Source: Pseudomonas aeruginosa (GTDB lineage Bacteria; Pseudomonadota; Gammaproteobacteria; Pseudomonadales; Pseudomonadaceae). From it: a stretch of 32,000 nucleotides of DNA. The DNA lies in NCBI RefSeq assembly GCF_001457615.1, contig NZ_LN831024.1, forward strand, positions 210,001-242,000, given 5' to 3'. The position numbers and the translations under genes were made by a program. Shown here one piece after another: positions 1 to 7,771 of this stretch. Below the pieces are notes generated by a model. The model was not told where the DNA came from and searched no databases. It saw only the letters and a list, made by a program, of their open reading frames with translations. Position 1 is the first letter of the stretch. The number at the start of each line of letters is the position of its first letter.

Positions 1-314
1 TGCTGCACCGTCAGCCAGGGGAACAGGCGGTGCTCCTGGAACACGATGCCGCGTTCGCCGCCGATGCCGGCGATTGGCCGGCCGTCGACGCGGATCTCGC
101 CGTCGTAGTCGCGGTCCAGGCCGATCAGCAGGCGCAGCAGGGTCGACTTGCCGCAGCCACTGGCGCCGACGATGGCGATGAACTCGCCCTCGCCGATCTC
201 CAGGTCGAACTGCTGGATCGCTTCCAGTCGCCGGCCGTCCACGGCGAAGTGCTTGCGCACCTGGCGGAAGCTGACCAGCGGGGTGCCCGTGGCGGGCGCG
301 GTGAATGCGTTCAT
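1..314 (-). CDS. atsC: ABC transporter ATP-binding protein, N-terminal part only (gene runs off the left edge). Sulfate-ester (ats-type) importer ATPase.
   Basis: Absent from the ORF track because no stop lies in the window. My reverse-complement translation from ATG 314..312 gives MNAFTAPATGTPLVSFRQVRKHFAVDGRRLEAIQQFDLEIGEGEFIAIVGASGCGKSTLLRLLIGLDRDYDGEIRVDGRPIAGIGGERGIVFQEHRLFPWLTVQ, which contains Walker A GASGCGKST. The start overlaps the upstream permease stop (ATGA at 311..314). The symbol comes from my recollection of the P. aeruginosa atsR/atsBCA cluster. Confidence 0.85.
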   Translation of the reverse strand, partial: MNAFTAPATGTPLVSFRQVRKHFAVDGRRLEAIQQFDLEIGEGEFIAIVGASGCGKSTLLRLLIGLDRDYDGEIRVDGRPIAGIGGERGIVFQEHRLFPWLTVQ

Positions 315-1927
315 GCGTGTCTCCAGCGCGTGGCGCGCGCTTCGATGCGTTGGCCGAGGGCATTGAGCAGGGCGCCGGTGAGGCCGACCAGGAGCATGCC
401 GGCGCCGATCAGGTCCATGCGGAACAATTGCTGGGCGCCGATCATCAGGCTGCCGATGCCGCCGTCGGAGGGCATGAAGTACTCGGCGCCGATGGTTCCC
501 AGCCAGGCGTAGATCAGCGCCAGGCGCAGGCCGGCGAACACCGACGGGGCGGCACCCGGCAGGACCAGCCGGAGCAGCCGTCGCCAGGGACCCAGGCGCA
601 GCACCCGGGCCGCCTCGCCGAGGCTCGGCGGCAGGCTGGCGATGCCGCGCTGGGTGGCCAGCAGCAGCGGGAAGAAGGCGGCGATTGCGACGAACGTCAG
701 CTTGGCCGGTTCGCCCAGGCCGAACCAGGCGGTGAGCAGCGGTACCCAGGCGAAGATCGCCACCTGCCGCAGTGCCGCGAAAGTGGGGCCGAAGAAGCGT
801 TCCGCCGGGCGCCACAGGCCGAGCAGCAGGCCGCCGAGGAAACCCAGGCCGCCGCCCAGCAGGAGCCCGCCGAGCGTGCGCTTCAGGCTGTCGAACAGGG
901 CGCCTGGGAGGCTGCCGTCGAGCGCTCCGCTCCAGGTCGCCCGCGCCACTTCCAGAGGGCTGGCGAGGATCGCCGGATCGACCCATTCGGCGCTGCTCGC
1001 CGACTGCCACAGGAGCAGCAGCGCCAGCGGCGGCAGCCACACCTGCAGGCGCTGCCAGCCGCGTCCCGGCGGGCGCCGGCGGAATTCGCCGGTGGCGGCT
1101 TGCGGCCAGTGCAGCAGGCGGCGGTCGAGCCACTGGATGGCGCGGTCCATGCCCACCCCGACCAGGCCGATGATGAGGATGCAGACGAACACGATGTCGA
1201 GCATGAACAGTTGCCGGCCCTGCACCATCAGGTAGCCGATACCCTCGCTGGAAGCCAGCAACTCGACCGCCAGCAGCGAGGTCCAGCCCTGCGCCAGGGC
1301 CAGGCGCAGCCCGGTGAGGAAGGCCGGCAGCGCCGCCGGCAGGATCAGCCGCCAGACCAGCAGGCGTGGCGGCAGGCGCAGTACTGCGGCGGCTTCGCGC
1401 AGCTTGGGCTGGGCGTCGCGCACGCCGACCAGGGTATGGATGGTCACCGGCACCACGACCGCTTTCACCAGCACCACCAGCTTGAGCAGTTCGCCGATGC
1501 CGAAGAACAGCATGAACAGCGGGATCCAGGCCAGCGTGGGGATTTGCGCGAGGGCGCTGAAGGTGGGGAAGACCAGGCGCTCGGCACGCGGACTGAAGCC
1601 CAGCCAGGCGCCTAGCGCGGCGCCGCTGGCGACCCCGGCGAGCAGGCCCCAGGCCAGGCGCCGCAGGCTGATCGCCAATTCGCTCCAGAGTTCGCCGGCG
1701 AGCAACTCGCGGGCGCTCTGCCAGACCAGCTCGGGAGTTGGCAGCACCTGGGCCGACATCCAGTGGCGATGGCTGGCGACCCACCACAGCAGCGCCAGCC
1801 CGAGCGGCAGCAACCAGGGCAGCAGGCCGTCCCCCAGGCGCCGGGCGAAAGCCGCGGAGGGCGGCGGCGCCAGGCGCGGCAGGGGCCGGCTCCAGGCGGG
1901 CGAAAGGGTTTTATCGATATTCTTCAT
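311..1927 (-). CDS. atsB: Fused double-domain ABC transporter permease (NitT/TauT/Ssu-type) for sulfate esters
   Basis: ORF track 311..2071 (-). I trimmed the start to ATG 1927..1925 (MKNIDKTLSPAWSRPL...) because the 48 upstream codons run through the AT-rich divergent promoter and look non-coding. There are two tandem permease halves with near-identical EAA-loop regions (EAAAVLRLPPRLLVWRLILPAALP and EAARVLRLGPWRRLLRLVLPGAAP). The protein is hydrophobic throughout. The stop is coupled to the atsC start. Confidence 0.9.
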   Translation of the reverse strand: MKNIDKTLSPAWSRPLPRLAPPPSAAFARRLGDGLLPWLLPLGLALLWWVASHRHWMSAQVLPTPELVWQSARELLAGELWSELAISLRRLAWGLLAGVASGAALGAWLGFSPRAERLVFPTFSALAQIPTLAWIPLFMLFFGIGELLKLVVLVKAVVVPVTIHTLVGVRDAQPKLREAAAVLRLPPRLLVWRLILPAALPAFLTGLRLALAQGWTSLLAVELLASSEGIGYLMVQGRQLFMLDIVFVCILIIGLVGVGMDRAIQWLDRRLLHWPQAATGEFRRRPPGRGWQRLQVWLPPLALLLLWQSASSAEWVDPAILASPLEVARATWSGALDGSLPGALFDSLKRTLGGLLLGGGLGFLGGLLLGLWRPAERFFGPTFAALRQVAIFAWVPLLTAWFGLGEPAKLTFVAIAAFFPLLLATQRGIASLPPSLGEAARVLRLGPWRRLLRLVLPGAAPSVFAGLRLALIYAWLGTIGAEYFMPSDGGIGSLMIGAQQLFRMDLIGAGMLLVGLTGALLNALGQRIEARATRWRHA

Positions 1928-1947
1928 GGGAATATAAATCGCCGAAT

Positions 1948-2011
1948 AAATGCATTTTTTCGCTAAGAAGGGCCATTTAAAGAAAGGCCCCAGGCAGCGG
2001 CAAATGCATTT
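1948..2011. promoter_or_regulatory. Two copies of the perfect 10-bp palindrome AAATGCATTT in the atsB/atsR divergent promoter region. Candidate operator pair.
   Basis: AAATGCATTT occurs at 1948..1957 and again at 2002..2011, with centres 54 bp apart. Both lie inside the AT-rich 266-bp spacer between divergent atsB (start 1927) and atsR (start 2194). The binding factor is unknown. Confidence 0.4.
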
Positions 2012-2193
2012 GGAGAATATTTTCCATGCTCTGGCTGCATATGACGCGGAGAGGCCCGTGCGGCCTGTCATACTGCTTGTGGTTATAAAAAAATGAATTT
2101 TTATTATTTATTTTCGAGGCGCCGCTGTGCATAGCTAGCCGTACACCCGCTCCCGGCGGGAATCCCTCTCTTCCCGTTCCAAGGAGCCGCCCC

Positions 2194-3255
2194 ATGAAAG
2201 CGCTTACGTCTTCCCTGCTCGGTCTGTTCGCCGCGCCTGTGCTCGCCGGCCTGCTCGGTGCCTACGTGCCGCTGGCGAGCGCCGCTCCGCCGAAGGAAAT
2301 CCGCATCGCGGTGCCGGACGTCAGCGCCGGCAGTTCGCACTCGGGCGGCGGCGTGGTCGACGTGCTCTACACCCGCCAGTTGCTGGAGAAGGAGTTCGCC
2401 AACGACGGCATCGCGGTGAAATGGAGCTTCTTCAAGGGCGCCGGCCCGGTGGTCAACGAAGCGTTCGCCAACGGCCAGGTGGACTTCGCCTACCTCGGCG
2501 ACCTGGCGGCGATCATCGGCAAGTCCGGAGGCCTGGACAGCCGCCTGCTGGCCGCTACCGCGCGAGGGGTCAACCACTATCTCGGCGTGCAGCCGGGCTC
2601 CGGGATCAAGACCCTGGAGGATCTCAAGGGCAAGCGCGTAGGCATCTTCCGTGGCACCGCCAGCCAGTTGTCGTTCGACAATGCCCTGGCCAGCGTCGGT
2701 CTCAGCGAGAAGGACCTGAAGGTGATCAACCTCGATTTCAGCGCCGCCCTGTCCGCCCTCGCAGCCAGGCAGATCGATGCCACCTGGGGCCTGGCCGGAC
2801 TGTTCGCCCTGCGCGACCGCGGGCTCGCGGAAATTCCGCTGAGCACCCGCGACCTGAACGGCGCCGGCACCCTGCAGGCGCTGCTGGTCGGCTCCGGAGC
2901 CTTCGTCGATGCCCATCCGGACATCACCGAGCGGCTGCTCAAGGTGCAGTTGCAGGCCCAGGACTGGCTGGCCCGCGAGGAGAACCGCGACGCCTACATC
3001 GAACTGGTGTCGAAGCAGGCCAGCTACCCGGTGGTGATCCTGCAGAGCGAGTACCGTGGCCGCAAGCTGGGCGACGCCCTGTCGCCGCGCCTGGACGCCG
3101 ATTTCCTTGGCCGGCTGGATGCTTCGATCCAGGCGGCCAAGCGTTTCGGCCTGATCCGTCGCGAATTCAGCGCCGAGCAGTGGGCCGCGCCGGAACTGCT
3201 GGAGGCGGCCGGCAAGCTGGCGAAGGCCAAGGCCGTGGCGCAGGCGGCGGAGTGA
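2194..3255 (+). CDS. atsR: Periplasmic substrate-binding protein of the sulfate-ester ABC transporter (NMT1/SsuA/TauA-like)
   Basis: 353-aa ORF with SD AAGGAG 8 nt upstream. It has a signal peptide (MKALTSSLLGLFAAPVLAGLLGAYVPLASA|AP) and an SsuA/TauA-like body. It is divergent from atsBC. There is no Cys and no internal Met (see findings). Confidence 0.88.
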   Translation: MKALTSSLLGLFAAPVLAGLLGAYVPLASAAPPKEIRIAVPDVSAGSSHSGGGVVDVLYTRQLLEKEFANDGIAVKWSFFKGAGPVVNEAFANGQVDFAYLGDLAAIIGKSGGLDSRLLAATARGVNHYLGVQPGSGIKTLEDLKGKRVGIFRGTASQLSFDNALASVGLSEKDLKVINLDFSAALSALAARQIDATWGLAGLFALRDRGLAEIPLSTRDLNGAGTLQALLVGSGAFVDAHPDITERLLKVQLQAQDWLAREENRDAYIELVSKQASYPVVILQSEYRGRKLGDALSPRLDADFLGRLDASIQAAKRFGLIRREFSAEQWAAPELLEAAGKLAKAKAVAQAAE

Positions 3256-3325
3256 CGCCGAGCCGGGGACGGCCGAGGCGGCGCCGTTTCGTAGCAATTT
3301 GTAATATGTTTCGAGATTCTTGCAC

Positions 3326-3373
3326 CGACCCAACCAATGACTGGATCGAGCGAAGTATCCAGCCGTTGGTCGG
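3326..3373 (+). other. Composite imperfect stem-loop about 70 nt downstream of atsR. Possible terminator or RNA-processing structure with no T-tract.
   Basis: The inner stem is CTGGAT(3341-3346)/ATCCAG(3357-3362). The outer stem is CCGAC(C)CAAC(3326-3335)/GTTGGTCGG(3365-3373) with one bulge. It is followed by GGGATTCTG, which is not U-rich. Confidence 0.3.
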
Positions 3374-3672
3374 GGATTCTGCGTATATCGCGTCATGAAA
3401 GTTTCACGCGGGTAATCCGCAGGTTATTCCGCGATCATTTCGTTCGTTAATCGCCCCATATATTCAGATACAAAATCGGCACTGCCAATTCTTCCAGTTT
3501 TCCCTTCCGACAATTCTCCCGACCCTCCCCGGAAACAACTCCAAGTATCTCGCGGCGAACCGCCGCGTCCCGCATCTAGCCTGCCCATCACTACGACAGC
3601 GCGGCGCCAGCGCCGGGCCTCGCCCTGCGCGTCGGCGGCATTCCTGATTTTCTTCCGGAGGAGAGCGGTCAT

Positions 3673-4488
3673 ATGAATCTCGATAGCAAATTGTTCGACG
3701 CGACACTCGATCTCGAACGCGTGAAAGTTTCGGTGAGAACGCTGGTGAAGTTATCCCGCCAGGAACAATCGGCGATCATCCGGACCCTCAACGAGTTTGG
3801 TTTCCTGCTGTTGCGCAGCGAACACGGCGAAGACAGGCAGGAACTTCTCGCGCTCAAGGAGTTGTTCGGCCGCGCCGCCCCCCACCCGCGCGCCGACGCC
3901 GACGGCATCGTGCCGATCAGCAATGCGCGGTATGTCAGCGGCTACCTCGGCTCCACGCCGCTGGAGCACAAGCTGCACACCGACGGCGCTTTCCTCGACA
4001 CCCCGGAGCAATTGTGCAGCCTGCAATGCGTGCGCAACGCCCGGGAGGGCGGGGAGACCCTGCTGGCCAGCGCCGGACTGGCCTTCGAGCGCCTGCGCCG
4101 GCGCATGCCGACCAAGCATCTCGGCCTGCTGCGCGGCGACGCCCTGACCATCGTGCGCAAGCACCAGAGCAGCACCCAGCCGGTGTTCCGCCTGAACGGC
4201 GAGGCGCTGGGCATCAAGTTCCGGCAGAACGACGGGGCGGCCGAGGTGGTCGAGCACCCTGTGGCGGTGGAGGCCTTCGCCGAACTGGTGGCGGCGCTCG
4301 AGGATCCGGCCTGCCAACTGCGGATCAAGCTCGAACCGGGGGAAATCCTGGTGCTCGACAACACCGCGGTGTTGCACGGGCGCACCGCCTTCTGCGCCAA
4401 CGAACTGCGCGAAATGCGCCGGCTCAACTTCGACGGCCACGGCCGCCTGCGGGCGGAGCTGGAACTGGGCTTCAAGGTGGGGTTGTGA
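3673..4488 (+). CDS. Uncharacterised TauD/TfdA-family Fe(II)/2-oxoglutarate dioxygenase-like protein
   Basis: 271-aa ORF with SD GGAGGAG upstream. It has an HxD iron-ligand motif (KLHTDGAF), a distal His (VLHGRTAF) and a C-terminal Arg-rich segment typical of the clavaminate-synthase-like fold. The stop overlaps the next gene's GTG start (GTGA). Confidence 0.8.
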   Translation: MNLDSKLFDATLDLERVKVSVRTLVKLSRQEQSAIIRTLNEFGFLLLRSEHGEDRQELLALKELFGRAAPHPRADADGIVPISNARYVSGYLGSTPLEHKLHTDGAFLDTPEQLCSLQCVRNAREGGETLLASAGLAFERLRRRMPTKHLGLLRGDALTIVRKHQSSTQPVFRLNGEALGIKFRQNDGAAEVVEHPVAVEAFAELVAALEDPACQLRIKLEPGEILVLDNTAVLHGRTAFCANELREMRRLNFDGHGRLRAELELGFKVGL

Positions 4489-5366
4489 TCGCACAGTTCG
4501 TCGCGGTGGTGCTGCCGATCCTGATCTGCACCGGGATCGGTTTCGCCTGGAGCCGTTCCGCCGGGCCGGTGGATACCCGCGCGCTGGTGTTCCTGGTGGC
4601 CAACGTCGGCTTTCCCTGCCTGCTGCTGTCGTCGCTGGACCGCCCCGGCCTGTCCATTGGCATGGTGGCCGGGGTGTTCCTCGCCACCGCGCTGGCGGTG
4701 CTGGCGTTCGCCCTGCTGGGCCTGGTCGCCCTGCGCCTGCTGCGGATGCCGGTGCGGCGCTACCTGCCGTCGATCATGCTGCCGAACTCCGGGAACATGG
4801 GCATCCCCATCGCCTACCTGGCCTTCGGCGAGGAGGCGCTGGTGTATGCGGTGGCGTTCTCCACCCTGATCCAGGTGGGTCACGCGACGCTCGGCGTCTG
4901 GTTCGCTTCGGGCGATATCACCCCGGCGAGCATCCTGCGCAACCCGATGATCTATGCCCTGGCCGTGGCGCTGGGCCTGATCGCCCTGGGCTGGAGCCTG
5001 CCGCCGCCGTTGCGCGATGTGACCCGCCTGCTGGGTGGGATTACCGTGCCGCTGATGCTGGTGATGCTCGGCCTGTCGCTGGCCGGTCTGCGCCTGCACG
5101 AGACCTGGCGGCCGTTGCTGCTGTCTCTGGTGCGGGTCTGGGGCGGTTTCGCGGTCGGCTATGGGATCGCTACCGGCCTGGGCATGGAGGCGGTGGCGGC
5201 GGGCACCTTCGCCATCCAGTGCGGGATGCCGACCGCGGTGCTCACCTACCTGTTGGCCAAGCGTTACGACGGACCGGTGAACGAAGTGGCAGGCATGGTG
5301 CTGATCACCACGCTGCTGGTGCTGCTCTCCACGCCTTTGTTCATCCAGTTGCTGCCGCGCGCGTGA
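4485..5366 (+). CDS. AEC (auxin efflux carrier) family membrane permease
   Basis: Taken from track ORF 4014..5366 with the start trimmed to in-frame GTG 4485 (VIAQFVAVVLPILICTGIGFAW...). Upstream of that point the frame overlaps the dioxygenase gene and is Arg/Pro/Gly junk. The protein is about 10 TM and hydrophobic, with an AEC-like LPNSGNMGIPIAYLAFG segment. Confidence 0.8.
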   Translation: MIAQFVAVVLPILICTGIGFAWSRSAGPVDTRALVFLVANVGFPCLLLSSLDRPGLSIGMVAGVFLATALAVLAFALLGLVALRLLRMPVRRYLPSIMLPNSGNMGIPIAYLAFGEEALVYAVAFSTLIQVGHATLGVWFASGDITPASILRNPMIYALAVALGLIALGWSLPPPLRDVTRLLGGITVPLMLVMLGLSLAGLRLHETWRPLLLSLVRVWGGFAVGYGIATGLGMEAVAAGTFAIQCGMPTAVLTYLLAKRYDGPVNEVAGMVLITTLLVLLSTPLFIQLLPRA

Positions 5367-5373
5367 AGACGAT

Positions 5374-5399
5374 CCGGGCCGCCCCGCGGGGCGGCCCGG
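5374..5399. terminator. GC-rich perfect palindrome between convergent genes. Candidate bidirectional terminator.
   Basis: The sequence is CCGGGCCGCCCC-gc-GGGGCGGCCCGG. It lies in the 37-bp gap between the permease stop (5366) and the porin stop (5404). There are no flanking T/A tracts. Confidence 0.5.
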
Positions 5400-5403
5400 G
5401 GCG

Positions 5404-6762
5404 TCACCAGATCGAGCGGGAGTAATCGACGACCAGCCGGGTTTCGTCGATGTCGCCGTCGAGATAGCTCGCGTTGCCCCGGTGCCAGGCCTGCGAGGCG
5501 CGCAGCGCGAGGCCGGCGAGGGGGCCCGCCTTGACCCGATAGGCGAAGCCGAGGTCGCTTTCCCGGTGCCGCCCGTCACGCCCGTAGAGTCCGGCGTAGA
5601 TGCTCTCGGCGGCACTGCTGGCGCTGGCCCCGGCACGGCCGCGGGCATGCAGCGCATGCAGGCTGAGCCCAGGCAGGCCGAGCGCGCCGAGGTCCAGGTC
5701 ATAGCGTAATTGCCAGGAACGCTCGCCCGGTCCGTTGAAGTCGGAGTAGCCCACCGAGTTGGCCAGTACCATGGACGCGCTGGAGCGCCCGTCGCCGAAG
5801 GCCATGTAGTCGAACGGCTGCTCGCCATGGACACGCTGGTAGGCCAGGGTGATGCGCTGCGGCCCCTGTTCGTAGCCCAGGGCCAGGGAGCTGGCCAGGG
5901 TGTCGATGCGGCCGAAGCGGCTCTGGCCGCTGTCGCGGGTGCGGTAGGCGTCGAGGTCGACCCGCAGCGCGCGCTCCCCGCCCAGCGGCTGGCGATGGCT
6001 GGCGCCGAAATAGGCCTGCTGCCAGATGTCGTCGAAGCGCGAGGCGTAGAGCGACAGTTGCAGCCGCTCCGTGGCCTGCCATTGACCGCCGAGGAAGCCG
6101 ACCGCGTCGAGGCGCACCGGATAGGCGCCGAGGCGTCCGTAGACGGTGCTGATGTCGCCGCGGACCTTGGATTCGCCGGGGCCGGAGGCGGCGGTGAAGC
6201 GCCCGCCCTCGAGCAGCAGCCCGTCGAACGAGCGGTCCTCCAGCAGCAGGCCGTAGGCCATGCCGGCCAGCGTGCGGTTGCTGCTGGCGGCGAACACCGG
6301 CGCGCTGGTGGTGGTCTGGCCGTACTTCAGGCGGGTTTCGCCGTGGCGTAGCCTGAGGGCGCCACCGACCTTGCCGTAGCGATGGTCGGGATGGCCGTCG
6401 GCGCCGACCGGCAGGTTGCCGGTGCCGGTGCGGCCGCCGCCGCTGTCCAGTTGCAGGCCGAGCATGGCATGGGCGTCGAGGCCGAAGCCGAGGCTGCCCG
6501 GCGTGTAGCCGGAGGCGAACTGGAGGCGCAGGCCCTGGGTGGCTTCCTCACGGTAGCCGTTGCGCTCGCTCCTGGGCTTGAAGCGGTTGCGCCCGGCGTT
6601 GTTCGGGCTGTCGCGGTAGTCGCGGTTGAAGTAGTAGGTGCGAGCGAGGAACTGCAGTTCGCTGTCCTCGACGAAGCCCCCATCCCCGGCCGTCGCGGCC
6701 GCCCCTTCGGAAAGCGTGCCGGCGACCAGGCCGGCGAATACAGCGCGTCTGAGATTTTGCAT
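5404..6762 (-). CDS. opdI: OprD-family substrate-specific outer-membrane porin
   Basis: 452-aa ORF with a signal peptide and the OprD-family N-terminus (GFVEDSELQFLARTYYFNRDYRD). It has alternating beta-strand patterns and a C-terminal aromatic residue (...DYSRSIW). The symbol comes from my recollection of the Opd nomenclature for the PA0189 position and is less certain than the family call. Confidence 0.9.
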   Translation of the reverse strand: MQNLRRAVFAGLVAGTLSEGAAATAGDGGFVEDSELQFLARTYYFNRDYRDSPNNAGRNRFKPRSERNGYREEATQGLRLQFASGYTPGSLGFGLDAHAMLGLQLDSGGGRTGTGNLPVGADGHPDHRYGKVGGALRLRHGETRLKYGQTTTSAPVFAASSNRTLAGMAYGLLLEDRSFDGLLLEGGRFTAASGPGESKVRGDISTVYGRLGAYPVRLDAVGFLGGQWQATERLQLSLYASRFDDIWQQAYFGASHRQPLGGERALRVDLDAYRTRDSGQSRFGRIDTLASSLALGYEQGPQRITLAYQRVHGEQPFDYMAFGDGRSSASMVLANSVGYSDFNGPGERSWQLRYDLDLGALGLPGLSLHALHARGRAGASASSAAESIYAGLYGRDGRHRESDLGFAYRVKAGPLAGLALRASQAWHRGNASYLDGDIDETRLVVDYSRSIW

Positions 6763-7009
6763 TTATTGTTTTCTCCCACCTGAGTGCCAGGTGGGCGCAG
6801 TCTCGGAAGTCGCTCCGCAGGCCGCTTGTGTTTCCCTGCCTCGGCTTTTGCCGGGGCCTGCCATTGGCAGGGGCTGGCATGTGCAACGGCAGGCCGGGTC
6901 AAGCATTTCGGAAGTCACCGACGGAGAGTGTGGCGTCGGCCGTCATCCGCAACGGCCGTGGGTGGGAGCCTAGGCTCCCGATGCAACCTCGCCTCAGGGA
7001 ATACGCTTC

Positions 7010-7735
7010 ATGAACAACAAGACCCTATGCCCTTCGCTCTTGCTCTGCCTTTCGCTGCTCGCACCGCTGTCTTGTCTCGGGGAGACCGCCGCCGCGCCCT
7101 ATCCGCTGGCCCACCCACCGCGCCTGGCCGACTACCTCCCGCCGCCGCCGGCGGCGGACTCGGCTGCGGCCGTCGCCGATCTCGGCGCGGTGCTGGAGGC
7201 GCAACGCCTGCGCACGCCCGAACAGGTACGCCGGGTACGCGCCCACGACCAGTGGGAGGACAACGTCTTCCCCTTCGCCGGCGACCTGCTGGGCGCCTCG
7301 TTCGACAAGGAACGCCTGCCGCTGACCCGGAGTTTCTTCAACCGCGCCCAGGAAAACCTGGTCGAGGTGCTGATGCCGGCGAAGAAGCACTTCGCCCGCC
7401 CGCGTCCCTACGAAGTGACACCGAAGGTGAAGCCGGTGCTGCCGCCGCCGGAGGGGGAGTCCTATCCCAGCGGCCACACCATGGACAGCTACTTCAAGGC
7501 CTCGCTGCTGAGCATGCTGGTGCCGGAGCATCACGATGCGTTCTTCGCCCGCGCCGAGGAGCATGCGCAGAGCCGTGTGCTGGCCGGCGTGCACTTCCCC
7601 AGCGACCTGGAAGGCGGGCAGACCGCCGCCGCGGCGCTGGTGGCGAGCCTGCTGGCCGATCCGGCGGTGGCCGCCGACTTCGCCGCGGTGCGCGAGGAGC
7701 TGCGCGGCGCGCTGGGGTTGCCGAAACTCCAGTAG
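7010..7735 (+). CDS. Class A (PAP2-type) non-specific acid phosphatase, secreted
   Basis: 241-aa ORF with an N-terminal signal sequence. The complete PAP2 signature is present: K-x6-RP (KKHFARPRP), PSGH (YPSGHT) and SR-x5-H-x3-D (SRVLAGVHFPSD). Confidence 0.88.
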   Translation: MNNKTLCPSLLLCLSLLAPLSCLGETAAAPYPLAHPPRLADYLPPPPAADSAAAVADLGAVLEAQRLRTPEQVRRVRAHDQWEDNVFPFAGDLLGASFDKERLPLTRSFFNRAQENLVEVLMPAKKHFARPRPYEVTPKVKPVLPPPEGESYPSGHTMDSYFKASLLSMLVPEHHDAFFARAEEHAQSRVLAGVHFPSDLEGGQTAAAALVASLLADPAVAADFAAVREELRGALGLPKLQ

Positions 7736-7747
7736 AGGAAGGGAAAG

Positions 7748-7771
7748 CGCGCGGCGGCTCAGGCCGCCGCG
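7748..7771. terminator. GC hairpin spanning the convergent gene ends. Candidate bidirectional terminator.
   Basis: CGCGGCGGC-tcag-GCCGCCGCG. The loop contains the complement of the LysR stop codon (7759..7761). It lies in or at the 23-bp gap between the phosphatase and the LysR gene. Confidence 0.4.

Noticed and set aside
3424-3672. 82-aa minus-strand ORF in the atsR / dioxygenase spacer (and the overlapping 80-aa ORF 3464..3706)
   Set aside because: It has no SD, a mixed low-GC/high-GC composition without third-position bias, and an Arg/Gly-rich sequence. It abuts the real gene's start codon, so it is more likely promoter or leader DNA.
4014-4484. 5' extensions offered by the ORF track for several genes (4014 for the AEC permease, 15222 for pntB, 20436 for mdcA, 22115 for mdcB, 25547 for mdcH, 25525 for madL, 26730 for madM, 8966 for the receptor, 2071 for atsB, 19780 for the hydrolase)
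   Set aside because: The extensions overlap the preceding gene or run through promoter DNA and translate to Arg/Pro/Gly junk. Internal starts have SD sequences and/or stop-start coupling, and they give N-termini typical of the families.
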